Counted from the first letter of the stretch, positions 40,729 to 52,423 are shown. The stretch is 64,000 bases of DNA from Spirochaetaceae bacterium (GCA_051531975.1 JAOPTT010000018.1:1-64000); one strand, 5' to 3'. The notes: generated by a model from the sequence alone, not told the origin. Numbers and translations: made by a program.

Positions 40729-41992
40729 TTGGATTATTTTTATAGGATTTAGACATTTTAAGACTAAAAGAAGAGAGAAAGGTGATACGTCTACACTGCT
40801 TTCTATTATAGGGATTCTATCAGGTGTAATGACTATGATTACAGTTATAGGTGTAATGAATGGATTTCAGGGAAGCAATATTGATAAAAAAATTGAAATC
40901 TCTTCTGCTCATATTGCCTTAGAACCTATATCAGATACACCCATAGCAGATGAAATAATTTTCAAAGATTATCCTGAAATAAAATTATTTTATAAAAGTT
41001 CTGAATTTATAACAGCAGCTTCTGATCAATGGGATAGTGAAATGATCGGATTACAAGTTATATCTGTTCCAGAAAATATATTTAACATTGATCCCATTTT
41101 TAAACAATGGGTAAAAATTTTTGATGGAAGTTTTAATATTAGTGATAACAAATCTATTATTATAGGGCAATCTCTTGCATATCATAAAAACTTGGGTTTA
41201 GGAGATAAATTAAACTTATTATCTTTAAAATCAACTACTACTTCAGGATATACTCCAGAACAAATTGATTATACAATTACAGGTATATTTAGAACTGGAA
41301 GTATTGATTACGATGAAAATGTAGTATTTATATCTAATAATAGTGCACTAGAGTATTTTGTTAATATTCAAGAATTAATATATAAAATAAAAATTGATAA
41401 TCGAAAAAAATATGAGCATCTAACTAATAAATTGAAAGAAAATAAAGAGATATCAAAAAATTATGAAGTTAAAAATTGGACTAACTATAATACTAGTTAT
41501 TTTAATGCATTAAAAAATGAAAAAGACTTAATGACTGTATTGATAGGACTTATTTTTTTAGTTGTTGGAGTAAATATATATAACTCTTTAAGAAGGTCTG
41601 TATATCTTCGTTTTGAAGAAATCTCTGTACTAAAAACTATGGGTGCTACGTCTTTACAAGTTAGATTTATTTTTATATTAGAAAGTCTGTTTATAGGTCT
41701 AATTGGAGCTACAATTGGTGTGGTTTTAGGTTTATTAATAGCATTTAATATTAATCAGATATTTGGGATATTAGAAATTATAGTTAATTGGATTCTTAAC
41801 ATTGTTAACCAATCATCTGTTTCATTTTATGGTTCACAGTTTTTTTATATAAATAAAGTTCCTGTAGCGGTGTATTTTTCAGAATGTGTTATGGTTTACC
41901 TATCTGCAGTTTTTACATCAATAATAGCAGCATATGCTGCATCTAAACGTATATCAACAATTAAACCTGGAGAGGTAATAAGAAATGAGTAG
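40721..41992 (+). CDS. lolC: LolC/E-family ABC permease
   Basis: VIGVMNGF, MacB-type periplasmic domain, EISVLKTMGA. Confidence 0.85.
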   Translation: MNNWIIFIGFRHFKTKRREKGDTSTLLSIIGILSGVMTMITVIGVMNGFQGSNIDKKIEISSAHIALEPISDTPIADEIIFKDYPEIKLFYKSSEFITAASDQWDSEMIGLQVISVPENIFNIDPIFKQWVKIFDGSFNISDNKSIIIGQSLAYHKNLGLGDKLNLLSLKSTTTSGYTPEQIDYTITGIFRTGSIDYDENVVFISNNSALEYFVNIQELIYKIKIDNRKKYEHLTNKLKENKEISKNYEVKNWTNYNTSYFNALKNEKDLMTVLIGLIFLVVGVNIYNSLRRSVYLRFEEISVLKTMGATSLQVRFIFILESLFIGLIGATIGVVLGLLIAFNINQIFGILEIIVNWILNIVNQSSVSFYGSQFFYINKVPVAVYFSECVMVYLSAVFTSIIAAYAASKRISTIKPGEVIRNE

Positions 41993-42662
41993 TATTCTTG
42001 AAGTAAGCAATGTACACAAATTATATAAATCTGAAGGTGAAAATCTTGAAGTTTTAAAAGATATATCATTTTCTTTAAATTCTGGTGAATCACTAGTTAT
42101 CACTGGAGAAAGCGGGTGTGGTAAAAGTACTTTACTTAATATCATAGGTGGTTTAGATAGTGCCTCATCAGGTATAATTAAAAGCTGTGGATATGATATA
42201 TCTGGTTTAAATGAAGAAAAATTAACTGATTATAGAAAAAAATCAATTGGATTCATTTTTCAATTTCATTATTTATTAAAAGACTTTTCAGCTTTAGAAA
42301 ATCTTATGTTACCTCTTTTAATTAATGGTGAAAATCGTAAAGTAGCAAAGGAACATGCTCTACAGTTAATAGAAGATGTTGGTTTAACAAATAGAAAAAT
42401 GCACTTTCCATCTCAACTTTCTGGTGGCGAGAGGCAGAGAATTGCAATAGCAAGAGCATTAGCTAATAAACCCAAAATTATACTTGCAGATGAACCTACA
42501 GGTAATCTTGATGAAAAAAACTCTAGGTTAGTTGAAGCTTTACTATTTAAACTAGTAGAAGATTATAATAAAACCCTAATATTGGTTACCCACGATGCAA
42601 CATTAAAAAAGAAGGGTAACTATCACTTCTCAATTAAAAGTGGAAGGTTTGACCATTTATGA
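41985..42662 (+). CDS. lolD: LolD-like ABC ATPase
   Basis: GESGCGKST, GFIFQFHYLL, LSGGERQR, ADEPTGNLD. Confidence 0.9.
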   Translation: MSSILEVSNVHKLYKSEGENLEVLKDISFSLNSGESLVITGESGCGKSTLLNIIGGLDSASSGIIKSCGYDISGLNEEKLTDYRKKSIGFIFQFHYLLKDFSALENLMLPLLINGENRKVAKEHALQLIEDVGLTNRKMHFPSQLSGGERQRIAIARALANKPKIILADEPTGNLDEKNSRLVEALLFKLVEDYNKTLILVTHDATLKKKGNYHFSIKSGRFDHL

Positions 42663-43963
42663 GTATTAAAACAGTTATCTATCTAGGCTTAAGACCTTTT
42701 ATTCCTAAAAAACATGGTATTAAGGGTGTAGTTACACATACAATATTAGTTGTTGCAATCGCTATGTTACCACTTGTAGTTGTTTTAATGGTCGCAGATG
42801 GAATGATTCAAGGCATAACAAGTCGTTTTATTGAGACTTCTAGTTATCATTTCCGAGTATATTCTAGGCAATCATCAGATGTATTAAATTTAGATGTATA
42901 TAACGAAACAAGAGATAATATATTAAAGATTCCCTCCATTACTGTTTCTGAAGTAGAACGGACAGCAGCTGGTGTTGGTGTCGTTGGGGATATAAGACGG
43001 GGAATCGAGGTTCGTGGAATAAATCCAGAAATGTTATTAAAAGATAAATATATGTCAAAATATTTAGAAGTTGTATCTGGATCATTTGATGTATCAGATA
43101 ATAATTCTATTGTTATAAGCAGTTATTTAGCTAGACAAATGCATGTAAATATTGGAGATGACTTTAGGGTAATAACTGGAAAGATACTTAAAAGTGGTAA
43201 GATTCTACCACGTATTACAAAATTAAAAGTTACTGGAGTTATTAAAACTGGATATGAAGAGCTAGATAAATTGTGGGTTTTTATTTCTACTGACCTTTCA
43301 AAAAAAATTTTACCAAGTAACAGTTCTGAAACATTTATTGGCATAAAATGTACTAATCCCTATGGTAATCTTAATCAAGAATACTTGGATATAAAACAGG
43401 CATTGCCAAGTGGTTGGATAATTCGTAAATGGAGTCAAATAAATAGAAATGCCTATGAGAATTTCAACACAACGAAGATGGTTCTTACATTAATTATGGG
43501 ACTAATTGTGGTTGTAGCAGGTATTAATATATCATCATCATTAATCATGTTAGTTTTAGAGAAACGTCGTGACATTGCCATACTTAAAAGTATGGGACTA
43601 TCTCCAGGTGAAGTTATGGGTTCTTATATTTTAACAGGAATTATTATTGGAGTCATTGGTACTATATTAGGTGTAATTTTGGGTCTATTGATAACCTTAA
43701 ATATAAACCAGATTGTATTCTTTTTTGAGAATATTATTAATTCTATATCTCATCTAATACAAATGTTATTTCATTTAGAACAAGATAAAAACTTTATATT
43801 TTTAGACTCCGAATATTATTTAGAAAATATACCTGTTGAGCTAAATTTTAGAAAATTATTGTTTATGACATTTTTCTCTATAACAACAACTGCTTTAGCC
43901 TCATATTTCCCAGCTCGAAAAGCAGGCCTTATAAAACCACTAAAAATAATGCAAAAATTTTAA
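42659..43963 (+). CDS. lolE: LolC/E-family ABC permease
   Basis: EKRRDIAILKSMG, SYFPARKA; flanks lolD. Confidence 0.85.
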   Translation: MSIKTVIYLGLRPFIPKKHGIKGVVTHTILVVAIAMLPLVVVLMVADGMIQGITSRFIETSSYHFRVYSRQSSDVLNLDVYNETRDNILKIPSITVSEVERTAAGVGVVGDIRRGIEVRGINPEMLLKDKYMSKYLEVVSGSFDVSDNNSIVISSYLARQMHVNIGDDFRVITGKILKSGKILPRITKLKVTGVIKTGYEELDKLWVFISTDLSKKILPSNSSETFIGIKCTNPYGNLNQEYLDIKQALPSGWIIRKWSQINRNAYENFNTTKMVLTLIMGLIVVVAGINISSSLIMLVLEKRRDIAILKSMGLSPGEVMGSYILTGIIIGVIGTILGVILGLLITLNINQIVFFFENIINSISHLIQMLFHLEQDKNFIFLDSEYYLENIPVELNFRKLLFMTFFSITTTALASYFPARKAGLIKPLKIMQKF

Positions 43964-44015
43964 TTTATTTAGTATTTTGTTAATTATGTTCTAAAATAGT
44001 AGTAAGGGGATAATT

Positions 44016-46475
44016 ATGATTCGAGGTTTTACTCCAGAGTTTCAGAAAATTATATTAAGCACAACTCAAAAAATTGCAAGAAATTACCGTTCAATTAAGA
44101 TTGAACCAGAGCATATTTTATTATCATTATTAGAAGACAAAAATAATATATGTGCAAAATCATTATTAGCAATGAGTGTAGATGTAGATGATTTTTTATC
44201 TAATATAGATAAATCTATTAAAATTGAAGAAGAAGACTTTTATGATTCAGGAGAAATACCCCAATCTAGAAGGTCAAAATGGTTATTTGAATCCGCTAGT
44301 AAAGAGGCTAGAAACTTTAGTAGTGATCTAATTGGGTCTGAGCATGTTCTTATTGCATGTTTAACTGAATTAGGTAGTTTAGCCAATATATATGTTTCTG
44401 GGATTAAATTAAATGTTGATATATTAAGACGTGTAATTTTTGAACTAAATAAGAAGAAAAATGCATTAAGCAAATTCACTAATAGTATCTTCCAGGATAA
44501 TATTAAAACGAAAGAAGAGCCTAAAACAACTTCACTGACAGACTTTTGTATAGATTTAACACAACGGGCTAAAAGTGGGCTTATTGACCCTGTATTAGGC
44601 CGTGAATTCGAACTAGAAAGAACACTAAGGATCTTATCTAGAAGAAACAAAAATAATCCTGTTTTAATCGGTGAACCTGGAGTTGGAAAAACTGCGATAA
44701 TTGAAGGTTTAGCATCTAGAATATTTAATGGTGATGTTCCAGAAAAATTTATGGGAAAAAAAATATTATCTCTAGATATAGCATCAATGATTGCTGGAAC
44801 AAAATATAGGGGTGAATTTGAGGGTCGTTTTAAAAAACTAATTAAAGACATTATAGAAGATGGAAATGTAATTCTTTTTATTGATGAATTACACTCAATA
44901 GTTGGTGCTGGAGGTGCAGAGGGAGCAATAGATGCTTCTACGATCTTAAAACCTTCGCTTTCTAGAGGTGAAATTCGATGTATTGGTGCTACAACATTAG
45001 ATGACTATAAAAGGTATATCGAAAAAGATACCGCTTTAGATCGCCGTTTTCAGCAAGTTACTGTAGAAGAGCCTGATAAAACTACCTGTATAGAAATAAT
45101 AAAAGGAATCGCACATAAATATGAAGATTATCATAATGTATTTTATACAGAAGAAGCTCTTTTAACTGCGGTCTCTCTGTCTAATAGGTATATTACAGAT
45201 AAATTTCAGCCAGATAAAACAATTGATCTTTTGGATGAAGCAGGTGCTGTAAAATCATTACGTTTTACTAAGCAGCCAGAGGAGTTATTATCATTAGAGA
45301 GTAGAGTTGATGAGTTAATACATGAAAAATCACTTCTAGTCCAGAACCAGAATTATGAGAAAGCTGCCAGTATTAGGGACGAAGTTTTATCTATACGTCA
45401 TGAAATAGAGGATTTAAAAAAGTCTTGGAAAGAGAATTTGAACTCCAAAAAAATCGAAGTATCACAAAATGATATATATGAACTAATATCAAAAATTACA
45501 GGAATTCCTTCAATGAAATTTGAAGAAGATGAAAAAATGAAGCTATTAAAACTTGATTCCTATTTAAAAGCACGAGTAATTGGACAAGATGAAGCTGTAA
45601 ATGCAATAGCTGCATCCGTTAGAAGAGGTAGAGCCGGTATATCTAGCCCTAATAGACCACTAGGCTCATTTATCTTTTTAGGTCCAACGGGTGTAGGTAA
45701 AACTTTATTAGCAAAAACATTAGCGTCGTTTTTATTTGGAAATGAAAAGTCGTTAATTAGAGTGGATATGTCTGACTATATGGAAAAACATAATATATCT
45801 AGACTTGTTGGAGCACCTCCTGGTTATGTTGGTTATGAGGAAGGTGGTTTTTTAACAGATAAAATACGTCGAAAACCATATAGTGTAATTTTATTGGATG
45901 AGATTGAGAAAGCTCATTCTGATGTATTTAATATATTATTACAAATATTAGAAGAGGGGGAACTCCAGGATAGTACGGGTAGAACAGTCTCTTTTAAAAA
46001 TTGTGTAGTGATTATGACAAGCAATGCTGGTGCTAGGGATATTATTAATGTAAATAAATTTGGTTTTGTATCCCATGGAGGAGAGCAAGATCAAAAGTCT
46101 ATACGTTCTTCTGCATTAGGTGAATTAAAGAGACTTTTTAGACCAGAATTCCTTAATAGAGTGGATGAAACAGTCGTATTTAAAGCACTTAACAGTGATA
46201 ATTTACATGATATATTAGATATTAGCTTAGGTGAGTTAATAGAAAGGCTTAAAAATATGGATATTGACTTAACTCTTAGTCCAGAATCAAAAAAATATTT
46301 ACTAGACGAAAAACACTATGATAAAAGTTATGGAGCACGACCTATAAGAAGGATTATTCTTAATCAATTAGAAGATCCTCTCTCATTAGAAATATTACAG
46401 GGGAACCTTGCACAAGGTGCTTATGTTTCTGTAGAATTGGAGGAAGAAAAACTTGTGTTTAACTATGGAGATTAA
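44016..46475 (+). CDS. clpC: ATP-dependent Clp protease ATPase subunit ClpC
   Basis: Clp-N repeats, GEPGVGKT, UVR coil (NYEKAASIRD), GPTGVGKT, GAPPGYVGY. Confidence 0.93.
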   Translation: MIRGFTPEFQKIILSTTQKIARNYRSIKIEPEHILLSLLEDKNNICAKSLLAMSVDVDDFLSNIDKSIKIEEEDFYDSGEIPQSRRSKWLFESASKEARNFSSDLIGSEHVLIACLTELGSLANIYVSGIKLNVDILRRVIFELNKKKNALSKFTNSIFQDNIKTKEEPKTTSLTDFCIDLTQRAKSGLIDPVLGREFELERTLRILSRRNKNNPVLIGEPGVGKTAIIEGLASRIFNGDVPEKFMGKKILSLDIASMIAGTKYRGEFEGRFKKLIKDIIEDGNVILFIDELHSIVGAGGAEGAIDASTILKPSLSRGEIRCIGATTLDDYKRYIEKDTALDRRFQQVTVEEPDKTTCIEIIKGIAHKYEDYHNVFYTEEALLTAVSLSNRYITDKFQPDKTIDLLDEAGAVKSLRFTKQPEELLSLESRVDELIHEKSLLVQNQNYEKAASIRDEVLSIRHEIEDLKKSWKENLNSKKIEVSQNDIYELISKITGIPSMKFEEDEKMKLLKLDSYLKARVIGQDEAVNAIAASVRRGRAGISSPNRPLGSFIFLGPTGVGKTLLAKTLASFLFGNEKSLIRVDMSDYMEKHNISRLVGAPPGYVGYEEGGFLTDKIRRKPYSVILLDEIEKAHSDVFNILLQILEEGELQDSTGRTVSFKNCVVIMTSNAGARDIINVNKFGFVSHGGEQDQKSIRSSALGELKRLFRPEFLNRVDETVVFKALNSDNLHDILDISLGELIERLKNMDIDLTLSPESKKYLLDEKHYDKSYGARPIRRIILNQLEDPLSLEILQGNLAQGAYVSVELEEEKLVFNYGD

Positions 46476-49217
46476 ATGAAAAAATATTTTATGTTATTAC
46501 TTATGTTAAGTTTGCTTCTTAAAAATGTAATAGCAAATGATCTTCAGTTATTTGAGGCAGGTAAAAAAGCATTTTCTGTTGGACTTTATACTATAGCATT
46601 AGAAAATTTAGATGCATATATTAAAACTGAGACTGATAAAAAACGAGTAGATGCAATATATTTAAGTGGTATCTCCGCATATTATTTAAAAAATTACAAA
46701 AAATCTCTTAGTTATCTAACTGGGATAGAAAAATATTACAAAGATTCTGCATATGTAAATAAAACTTTTTATTGGATTGGTTTAAACAACTATCATCTTG
46801 ATCATTTTGATTTAGCAATAAAATGGTTTTTAAAAAATACAAAAATTGATTCATCATATAATGATATTTCATGGTTATTTATGGCGTTATCAAATTTAAA
46901 AATTAATAATCAAATTGAAGCCGTAGAATGTTTTAATACATTAATAAATAGTAATACAGCTAAGGATCGATATAAAGAAGAGGCTTTATTTAGACTTTCA
47001 ACACTTTATATAGAGAACGATCAGATAGGTAATGCGATAAATACTCTTAATAAACTTGTATTTGATTATTCTGATTCAAAGTATTTTACTGACTCATTGA
47101 AACTATTAAGTGAAGCATATTTTAAAATTGAAGAGTGGCAAAATGCAAAACGGATATATCTTTTATTGTTAGAAGATTCAAATAACAACGAATCTATTTA
47201 TAAAAGATTAGCAACAATAAATCTTAATATTGGCAATCTTAAACAGAGTAAAATGTATTTAGAATTATATAATGATGAAATTGGTATTGATAAACAAATT
47301 CTTTTTATGTTAGCTGATGTCTCTGTTAGGTTAGGAGAAAATGATAATGCAATATCTATATATACTAAGATTAAAAATGAAGTAGAATTGACTATAGGTG
47401 AAGTTAATGAAAATAATTATAGATTAGGAACTTTATATTACCAAAAAAGTGACTTTAAAAAATCATATATCTCTTTTTCAGAAGTAGATAGTAAAGAAGC
47501 TATATACTTTACAGTTCTATCCGGTATTAATTCAGGAGAACAAGTTATTAAATATATAAAGAAAATGAATACTCGTTTTCCATCAGACAAATTAACTTTT
47601 GACCTTATTAATAGGTATATAAATTATTTACAAAATGAGAGTCGGTTAACTGATCTTGAATCTTTCTTAATTTTTGCTACAGAATCTTACCCTGAGAATT
47701 TAACATATTCATTAACATACGGTGAACTTTTACTTGAAACTGATGAATTAGATAAAAGTCTAAAATATTTATCTAAAGGTTTTTACCCTGAATCTCCTTA
47801 TTATAGTAATATTGCATATAAAATTGGATGGATTTATTTTAATAAAGAAGAGTATAACAGATCCATTGGATTTTTTGATTTAATTAAACCAACTGATAAT
47901 GATTATAATAAGGCTCTATACTCTAAAAGTATTTCCCAGTATAAAATTGGTGACTTAAAAGATGGAAAAAAAGGTTTTATTACTCTCTTGGATTTAGAAA
48001 CTATTTATTCTGAAGAGGTTAGCTTCTACCTAGGTATGATTGAGAAAGACAATTATAATTATGAGTTGGCTATAGAATACTTTAATGAATCCTTGAAAAA
48101 AGAATCTTTATATATAAATTCCTTGGATAATATTGCATGGTGTCATTATCATTTGGAACAGTATCGTGAAGCATTAGAATATTACGATAAATTATATGAT
48201 TTAGAAAAGCTTTTAATTTATAAATTTAATAGTGCCAATTGTCATCTGTTTTTAGAAAATTATAACCTTGCATTGGATCTATATATAGATGTATCAAAAA
48301 GTGAAAATTTATTAAAGAGTAGTTCGTATTACAAGACAATTGAAATATTTTTTAAACTAAAAGATCCAGAGTCTGGTTATATATGGTTTGAAAAGTATCA
48401 AAATGAATTTCCAAAATCTGATTTACCATCTGAGGTCGTTTTTACCTATGCAGATAATAATCTATATAATGGAGATATAGATACCAGTATAGTTGCATAC
48501 GAAAAAATAATAAGTTTGCTAAACAAAAATTATCACTGGTATAAAGCAAGATACCGTTTATCGGAAGCTTTCTATATAAAGAAAGAGTATACAAAATCTA
48601 TTGAATTATATATTCAGTCAATTATTGACCAAGATAAGTACTATAAAGAGAGTATTATTAAAATTATAACCATTCTTTCTGAAGTATCTAACCCAGATTT
48701 AACAAAAAATACAATTGTCCTACTGGATAACATTGTAGAAGATAGAGCAGATGTTGTGTCTATTTATATTGAAGCCATTAGACAAGAAATAGATCCTGAA
48801 AACGTCTTTAAAAATATAGCATCTTTGATAACAATAGCTAAAACTAGGGAGGATATTGATCAACTGATATATTTAAGAGCGCTTAATTTTTACAACATTG
48901 GAAATATTGAAACATCTCAGGAGAATTTAATACCTATACTTTCTAGATCAGAAGTTTTTGATGATACAAAAATAGATGGTTTATTGTTGCAAGGTTTAAT
49001 TTATCAAGATCAACAAAAATTTAAAGAAGCAATTGATCTCTATTTAAACTTATATGTAAATTTTCCCGATAATACTGAAAAAGCATCAAATGCACTTTAT
49101 AAAGGTCTTTTGTTGTCAAAAAGTATAAATGATACAGACACATTTAGTAAAATTAAGAGTATTCTAAGTACTGAATACATAGATACAACTTGGGGTGAAA
49201 GGAGTTTAAATGAATAA
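46476..49217 (+). CDS. Exported multi-TPR protein
   Basis: Signal peptide, TPRs along the entire length. Confidence 0.88.
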   Translation: MKKYFMLLLMLSLLLKNVIANDLQLFEAGKKAFSVGLYTIALENLDAYIKTETDKKRVDAIYLSGISAYYLKNYKKSLSYLTGIEKYYKDSAYVNKTFYWIGLNNYHLDHFDLAIKWFLKNTKIDSSYNDISWLFMALSNLKINNQIEAVECFNTLINSNTAKDRYKEEALFRLSTLYIENDQIGNAINTLNKLVFDYSDSKYFTDSLKLLSEAYFKIEEWQNAKRIYLLLLEDSNNNESIYKRLATINLNIGNLKQSKMYLELYNDEIGIDKQILFMLADVSVRLGENDNAISIYTKIKNEVELTIGEVNENNYRLGTLYYQKSDFKKSYISFSEVDSKEAIYFTVLSGINSGEQVIKYIKKMNTRFPSDKLTFDLINRYINYLQNESRLTDLESFLIFATESYPENLTYSLTYGELLLETDELDKSLKYLSKGFYPESPYYSNIAYKIGWIYFNKEEYNRSIGFFDLIKPTDNDYNKALYSKSISQYKIGDLKDGKKGFITLLDLETIYSEEVSFYLGMIEKDNYNYELAIEYFNESLKKESLYINSLDNIAWCHYHLEQYREALEYYDKLYDLEKLLIYKFNSANCHLFLENYNLALDLYIDVSKSENLLKSSSYYKTIEIFFKLKDPESGYIWFEKYQNEFPKSDLPSEVVFTYADNNLYNGDIDTSIVAYEKIISLLNKNYHWYKARYRLSEAFYIKKEYTKSIELYIQSIIDQDKYYKESIIKIITILSEVSNPDLTKNTIVLLDNIVEDRADVVSIYIEAIRQEIDPENVFKNIASLITIAKTREDIDQLIYLRALNFYNIGNIETSQENLIPILSRSEVFDDTKIDGLLLQGLIYQDQQKFKEAIDLYLNLYVNFPDNTEKASNALYKGLLLSKSINDTDTFSKIKSILSTEYIDTTWGERSLNE

Positions 49218-50250
49218 AAGTATTTGGTTTCTTCTCTTTATCTCTTCTTGTATTAATATATACTCCAATGAATTTTCTATACAGGAATATAACATAAGAG
49301 CTTTAGAAGATTGGCAAAACAGTCCAGCAAACGCCCTATTTTATGCTGATTTAGCAATAGATAAAAATCTAGAGATATCTTTAAAAGAAGATTATATAGA
49401 CTCTTTATATATTAAATCTTTAAGTTATAAAGTTTTAGAAGAGGATTATTATGTGTTATATAACTTAAGTTTAGCCTTTAATTATTTAAAAGATAATGGA
49501 TATTTTTATACAAACAGTGACTTTTATCTTTTTTATGCAAATACAATGTTTGAGAGAAAGGAATACCTTTTATTAGAGCAGATATTAACAACAGATATTA
49601 TCACATCTAAACTTAGCGATCAAAATCGTTTATCCTTTGATATACTTAATATAAAACTTAATGTGGAATTAAATAACAATATAGATTTTGGCTTAATAGA
49701 TAATATCCTTAACTTGGCTGAAGATTTTGAAACTACTGCTCATATAGCTGAAATTTATCTATTAAAAGCCGATTTATTAATGTCTTCAAATATAGAACTA
49801 GCGAAACGAAATTATCTGAATGTAATAAAAACTGATAATGAAAAGTTTTCTGCATTGGCATATTTACGATTAGGTGAAATAAATAAAAATAAGTCATACC
49901 TTGAACGTTCATATCTTCTTAGTGAAAAAATAGGTGATTATGAGATAAAATTACAAATATTAAACTCTTTAATAGATTTATATGAACAAACTGGTGATTT
50001 CAAAAAATTAGCAGAAACATATCAGCATTTAGATTATATACGGAATAGGCATAATATATTTCTTATAACACAACAAAAAGAGATAAATAATTATAATTAT
50101 GAGAAAACAAAACTATCAAATGAGTTAAAAAAAAGTAACTCCCAAATTACCTTTTTTGAACTAATTATTAGGTTTATGGGAGTTTTACTTGTTCTACTTA
50201 TCATATTCTTATCTATACAGTCATATAGATTAAGAATTCATCGTCACTAA
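49210..50250 (+). CDS. Periplasmic TPR-like protein with a C-terminal TM anchor
   Basis: Signal peptide, helical repeats, coiled coil, TM helix and short basic tail. Confidence 0.7.
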   Translation: MNKSIWFLLFISSCINIYSNEFSIQEYNIRALEDWQNSPANALFYADLAIDKNLEISLKEDYIDSLYIKSLSYKVLEEDYYVLYNLSLAFNYLKDNGYFYTNSDFYLFYANTMFERKEYLLLEQILTTDIITSKLSDQNRLSFDILNIKLNVELNNNIDFGLIDNILNLAEDFETTAHIAEIYLLKADLLMSSNIELAKRNYLNVIKTDNEKFSALAYLRLGEINKNKSYLERSYLLSEKIGDYEIKLQILNSLIDLYEQTGDFKKLAETYQHLDYIRNRHNIFLITQQKEINNYNYEKTKLSNELKKSNSQITFFELIIRFMGVLLVLLIIFLSIQSYRLRIHRH

Positions 50251-51878
50251 TATTTAAAATAACTTTTTCCAATAAATTCCCTAAGAAGAGAATCTGTTGG
50301 TACTATATCTTCTGGTATAGGTGCAAAGTTATTTAGTAGGTTTAACATTCTAACGGCTTCGTTGTAATTTTTATTATCTGGTCTTATAGTTCTAAGTAGT
50401 GGTTCTGCATATATTTTAAGAACTGCGATTTCATAGGGTAGTGCTGAATTAAATGCTATGTCTGCAGTTCCTTGAAATGGGAAGATATATTTTTTCTCAC
50501 CCCTATTAACACTTGGCCAAATATTAAAGGTATTATCTGCTGAATATCTCCTAAAATTATAGTCTCTAACCATTCTTCTTAATAATCTATTATCGGTAGA
50601 TGATATTCTGTTGTTATCGTCTAAGTTTAAACCGGTTAATGCTGAAATATATATTTTAAACTTTGACTTCTTATCAACTTTTTCAGTCAACTCATCATTT
50701 AATGCATGTATACCCTCAATTATTAAAATATTATTAGAATGTATTTGTAACTTTCTTCCTTTTAATATTTGTATGCCTTTTTTAAAATCATTAACTGGGA
50801 TATATGTCTCTTTACCATCCAATAAATCATTCAAATTCTGGTTAAGGAGAGGTATGTTCAGGGCGTGTACTGTTTCTAGATCTTTTTCTCCAAACTCATC
50901 AAGTGGAACTTGGTCATGGGGTAGGTAATAATCATCTAATGATATGTTAATAGGTTTTATTCCATTAACTTCTAAAGCTAAAGCTAGTTTCTTTGAAAAA
51001 GTTGTTTTACCTGACGAAGATGGACCTGCAATTAAAACTGTTTTCACACTACTGCTTTTCATAATTTTTGTTGCTATATTAGAAATTTGTCTATCGTGTT
51101 CTGTTTCTGTTAATTTAATAAAATGTCGAATATCCTTTGTCATAGCTATCTGATTTAATTTGGCTACACTATGTACATTTTGAAGTTTAACCCACTTTTT
51201 ATAATCTTGAAAAATATTAAATATTACAGGCATATCTGCTATAGGTGTTAATTTATCTGAATCAATTGAATTAGGGAAATGTAGTAGGAATCCAGTACCT
51301 TTATCTATAATATCAAATGTCTTAATATAACCTGTAGAGGGTGCTAGAGGTATGTGATATAACTCTTTAAAACTATTACATGTAACTATTTTTAATGTAT
51401 CGTCAGTTTTATAATTTAGTAAATCCACAGTATCAAATTGTTTTAATGATTTAAAATATTCAACTGATTCAGACCAAGATAAATAGTTTTCATTTATTGG
51501 TAAATCTGCTTTTATAATCTCTAACATTTTAACTTTTAATTTATCCAAATCATTTTGTGTTACTAGTTCATCTAAAAAATAATAATAGAATGAGTGACCT
51601 AAAGAGTGTCCAATAATAAGTTTTTTTTCTGGAAATATTTCTTTTGCAGCCATAGATAAAATAAAACATAATGTCTGCCTATAAGTTCTCGCTCCCTCTA
51701 TAGTATTTAGAAACACAGGTTCTATTTTACAATTACATTTAACATAAGAATTTAATGATACTATTTTATTATTAGTTTTTGCCGCTATTATACTTCTCTC
51801 TTTAAATAAATTTAAAAGAGTAGAATATTGATCAACAATTACTTTATCGTTTTGGATTTCAAGTTCAATTTTTAACAT
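50247..51878 (-). CDS. Nucleoside (uridine) kinase with a ThrRS-like N-terminal domain
   Basis: TGS/ThrRS-editing-like N terminus; IAGPSSSGKTT, ISLDDYY, IEGIHALN, RLLRRMVRD. Confidence 0.9.
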   Translation of the reverse strand: MLKIELEIQNDKVIVDQYSTLLNLFKERSIIAAKTNNKIVSLNSYVKCNCKIEPVFLNTIEGARTYRQTLCFILSMAAKEIFPEKKLIIGHSLGHSFYYYFLDELVTQNDLDKLKVKMLEIIKADLPINENYLSWSESVEYFKSLKQFDTVDLLNYKTDDTLKIVTCNSFKELYHIPLAPSTGYIKTFDIIDKGTGFLLHFPNSIDSDKLTPIADMPVIFNIFQDYKKWVKLQNVHSVAKLNQIAMTKDIRHFIKLTETEHDRQISNIATKIMKSSSVKTVLIAGPSSSGKTTFSKKLALALEVNGIKPINISLDDYYLPHDQVPLDEFGEKDLETVHALNIPLLNQNLNDLLDGKETYIPVNDFKKGIQILKGRKLQIHSNNILIIEGIHALNDELTEKVDKKSKFKIYISALTGLNLDDNNRISSTDNRLLRRMVRDYNFRRYSADNTFNIWPSVNRGEKKYIFPFQGTADIAFNSALPYEIAVLKIYAEPLLRTIRPDNKNYNEAVRMLNLLNNFAPIPEDIVPTDSLLREFIGKSYFKY

Positions 51879-51977
51879 ATATACCTCTTGTTTTAATCAT
51901 AGTATTAGTTCTGAAATTTTTATAGTAATTAAAATTAAATTATGGTAAAATTCTTTTAATACAAATTAGGAGATATT

Positions 51978-52421
51978 ATGAAAAAAATTACTTTATTATT
52001 ACTACTATCGTTCATCCTAACAATATCAGCGGTTAGTGCAAATACAACTGTAGGTGTTATTTCTAGCAATTATGACAATGCTAATCTAACTTTTAGCCTT
52101 GAACAAATTGAATTTGAATTAGATATAAATGCCTTACTAAACTCAAATTTATATATAAGTGCGGATTATAATCTTATTTGGAAGAATTTTTCTTTAGGCG
52201 CAGCTAACAACTTTTTCTGGAATGTTGCTTTAGGGGCATCTATTTCATATTATTCAGAATTAGGTCTTGCTGCAATTGCACCAGTAGAGTTAGGTTATAG
52301 ATTTCCAATAGTTGCATCAGGTTTAGATGTATATTTTCAAGTTAAACCTATATTATCTTTATTACCAACATTTGTTGATTTTGATTTTGACTCAGGACTT
52401 GGTGTTAGAGTAGCATTCTAA
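51978..52421 (+). CDS. Small outer-membrane beta-barrel (DUF3996-like)
   Basis: Signal peptide, amphipathic strands, C-terminal GLGVRVAF. Confidence 0.7.
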   Translation: MKKITLLLLLSFILTISAVSANTTVGVISSNYDNANLTFSLEQIEFELDINALLNSNLYISADYNLIWKNFSLGAANNFFWNVALGASISYYSELGLAAIAPVELGYRFPIVASGLDVYFQVKPILSLLPTFVDFDFDSGLGVRVAF

Positions 52422-52423
52422 AA

